DNA of 64,000 nt, from NCBI RefSeq assembly GCF_006345805.1, contig NC_042999.1, forward strand, positions 51,460,001 through 51,524,000, in the 5' to 3' direction. The DNA is from Octopus sinensis (Eukaryota). Within the stretch, counting starts at the first letter, position 1. Each line of letters begins with the position of its first letter. The position numbers were made by a program, and so were the translations under genes. Of this stretch, positions 62,300 to 64,000 are shown one piece after another. The notes below the pieces were generated by a model. That model saw only the letters and a list, made by a program, of their open reading frames with translations, did no database searches and was not told the origin of the DNA.

Positions 62300-63140
62300 C
62301 TTACTGTTAATCCTGTTCACAATATTACTTTCTTTGTCAATCCTGTTCACTGTATTACCTATTTTGTAAATTCTGTTCACTGTATTACGTTCTTTGTCAA
62401 TCCTGTTCACTGTATTACCTTCTTTGTCAATCATGTTCACTATATTACCTTCTTTGTCAATCCTGTTCATTGTATTACCCTCTTTGTCAATCCTGTTCAC
62501 TGTATTACATTCTTTGTCAATCCTGTTCACTGTATTACCTTCTTTGTCAATCATGTTCACTATATTACCTTCTTTGTCAATCCTGTTCATTGTATTACCC
62601 TCTTTGTCAATCCTGTTCACTGTATTACATTCTTTGTCAATCCTGTTCACTGTATTACCTTCTTTGTCAATCCTGTTCACTGTATTACCTTCTTTGTCAA
62701 TCCTGTTCACTGTATTACCTTCTTTCTCAATCTTGTTCACTGTATTACCTTCTTTGTCAATCATGTTCACTGTATTACCTCCTTTCTCAATCCTGTTCAC
62801 TATTACGTTCTTTGTCAATCCTGTTCACTGTATTACGTTATTTGTCAATCCTGTTCACTGTATTACCTTCTTTGTCAATCCTGTTCACTGTATTACCTTC
62901 TTTGTCAATCCTGTTCACTGTATTACATTATTTGTCAATCCTGTTCACTGTATTACCTCCTTTGTCAATCCTGTTCACTGTATTACCTCCTTTGTCAATC
63001 CTGTTCACTGTATTACGTTCTTTGTCAATCCTGTTCACTGTATTACCTCCTTTCTCAATCCTGTTCACTGTATTACGTTCTTTGTCAATCCTGTTCACTG
63101 TATTACCTTCTTTGTCAATCACGTTCATTGTATTATCTTC
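62300..63140. repeat. 30-bp minisatellite (tctttgtcaatcctgttcactgtattacct), about 28 units
   Basis: Exact 30-nt period with a 2-nt deletion near 62801. Confidence 0.95.
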
Positions 63141-63302
63141 CTGTTAATGTCAACAATATTTGTGTTTTAAACTAAGTTTTTCACTCAAATATCAAACCAG
63201 TCCTGTTTTTCAACCATTAAACAATTTTTACAGCTTTCAGTTGATTTCTGTTTATTTTCTCTGTGACAAACTAATTTTAATTCTTTCATGTTCTTATTTA
63301 TT

Positions 63303-63348
<46 letters not shown>

Positions 63349-64000
63349 TCCTTCTAATTTTTGTTTGCCTGTTATGACAAGTGCTTGATTTTCAAAGTTG
63401 ACTTCATCAGCGTCACATTATCAACTGCTGTCTTCATCTCCTTGCTCTCATCTCATTTGACCTTCTCAATAGCTTTCATTCCTCCTTATTTGTTAACTTC
63501 ATTCAGTTAAACATTATCTTTAAACCAGTTAAAACTGATTACAGTTTTTCATTTTATTTTCCATCTCACATCCCGTCATCTATCTTCTGCCGTCTTCTTT
63601 CACTCTTTCAATAATTTCTCTTCCCATTACAATCACACGCACACACATCAACACACACACACTCTCTTTCTCTCTCTGACTCTTTCTCTTTCACAGCAAC
63701 ATACATTCTCTGACTGTTTGTCTCTCTCTTTCACTCATAATGACACACACACATACTCTCTTTCTCTTTGCCACACACAAACATATTCTTCCCCACCACC
63801 CTTGCATTGCTATTTACCCCCATTGTGGCTGAGTGAAGTGAGTCATTTTTCTCACACACATACACACACATACACACACATACACACACACACAGATCTT
63901 ACAGTGATTCGATTTTTTTTTTAATGTATTTTTTATCAAAACTTATTCTTTTGATTTTCCTAGGAAAGCTTTTGTTTTTTCTGCTTATTTCCCCATTTTG

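Noticed and set aside
62198-63175. Long ORFs (325, 258, 225, 176 aa) on both strands
   Set aside because: They are products of a 30-bp tandem unit lacking stops, open in several frames at once, with no splice or domain evidence.

Overview
AT-rich, repeat-dense eukaryotic genomic DNA. It is most likely an octopus (coleoid cephalopod), inferred from the SINE/LINE repertoire and a mollusc-type H2A C-terminus. There are no prokaryotic features and no CRISPR array. The only intact host gene I can support is a complete 8-exon cyclin Y (CCNY) on the + strand. Its CDS runs 20936-59467 (exons of 214+75+44+210+120+167+163+120 = 1113 nt, 370 aa), with all GT-AG introns and consistent phases. The rest is mostly transposable elements: a young 5'-truncated RTE LINE with an open RT frame and TSD, many decayed copies of a second RTE-like family with a PHD-type finger inside its RT, and their (GAT)n-tailed 3' UTRs. 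Also present are several tRNA-derived SINE families, RLE-type and CR1 fragments, maT/mariner/piggyBac/Helitron DNA elements, Penelope-like remnants, and micro- and minisatellites. Four observations stand out. (1) A head-to-head pair of tRNA-headed elements, each carrying a hammerhead ribozyme motif (8945-10043). (2) A Penelope-like insertion in CCNY intron 1 with an intact sense-strand hammerhead and a histone H2A retrocopy whose last 43 codons are in frame with the endonuclease (34765-35800). (3) A ~100-bp long-range RNA duplex downstream of the CCNY stop codon with a strong sense-strand G-U bias (60398-60865). (4) The PHD finger inside an RT domain. Repeat boundaries were read by eye and are approximate unless a TSD is quoted.
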